This document shows positions 18,684 to 19,056 of a DNA stretch of 19,056 nucleotides, one piece after another; within the stretch, counting starts at the first letter, position 1; the number at the start of each line of letters is the position of its first letter. The DNA is taken from positions 1-19,056 of the forward strand of contig NW_021824370.1 of NCBI RefSeq assembly GCF_006345805.1, read 5' to 3'. A program made the translations under genes and the position numbers. The notes beneath the pieces were generated by a model. It did no database searches, was not told the DNA's origin, and saw only the letters and a list, made by a program, of their open reading frames with translations. This DNA comes from Octopus sinensis. Its lineage: Eukaryota.

Positions 18684-19056
18684 AGAATTGATTTGACGAA
18701 ACTACTTTCGCAACAAAATAAAGAACAGAAAAAAAAATACAAAAACCGCCCCCCCCCCCCACCGACGGTCCATGGTCTTCTTGGCGCAATTAGTTTCATT
18801 CGAGATGCCACGACCGTTCTAACAGGAAGGGTTTTCGTTGCAATTAAGAGAAATGTGCAATGGAAACCAGAAGCATGGGATGGTGAGCGCAGATTCCAGC
18901 GCCAACAGCGTCGAAGGTGCTTCGATAAATATTCCAAATGATGAAGGACCAAACGGATTTGTACATCGGAGCTGTTGTTGTTATTGTTGTTGTTGTTGGT
19001 GTTGTTGTGTGTTTACGCTTTAGTCAGTCAACACTTATGCAATGTTTATCTATTCA

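Overview
Eukaryotic, gene-poor and very repeat-rich DNA. The microsatellite density and SINE families suggest an octopus or other coleoid cephalopod; this is an inference from recalled repeat families, not from a search. No intact protein-coding gene can be supported, and almost all listed ORFs are microsatellite translations. The window holds several tRNA-headed SINE copies (about three families), an 888-bp mariner derivative built from two left ends, a truncated Tc1/mariner end, a decayed Ty3/gypsy integrase tail, and tandem or inverted repeats. The most striking hidden signal is a set of minimal type-I hammerhead ribozyme motifs of the kind known from Penelope-like retroelements: six well-formed and several decayed copies. 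Each well-formed copy has a palindromic stem III. Their cores show three different Watson-Crick pairs at the 3:8 tertiary position (C3:G8, U3:A8, A3:U8). Two hammerheads form the arms of a 426-bp fold-back element, and one sits downstream of a tRNA-derived Pol III head, suggesting a ribozyme-tailed SINE. An 11-bp-phased triple CACGTG E-box array lies near 16.9 kb.
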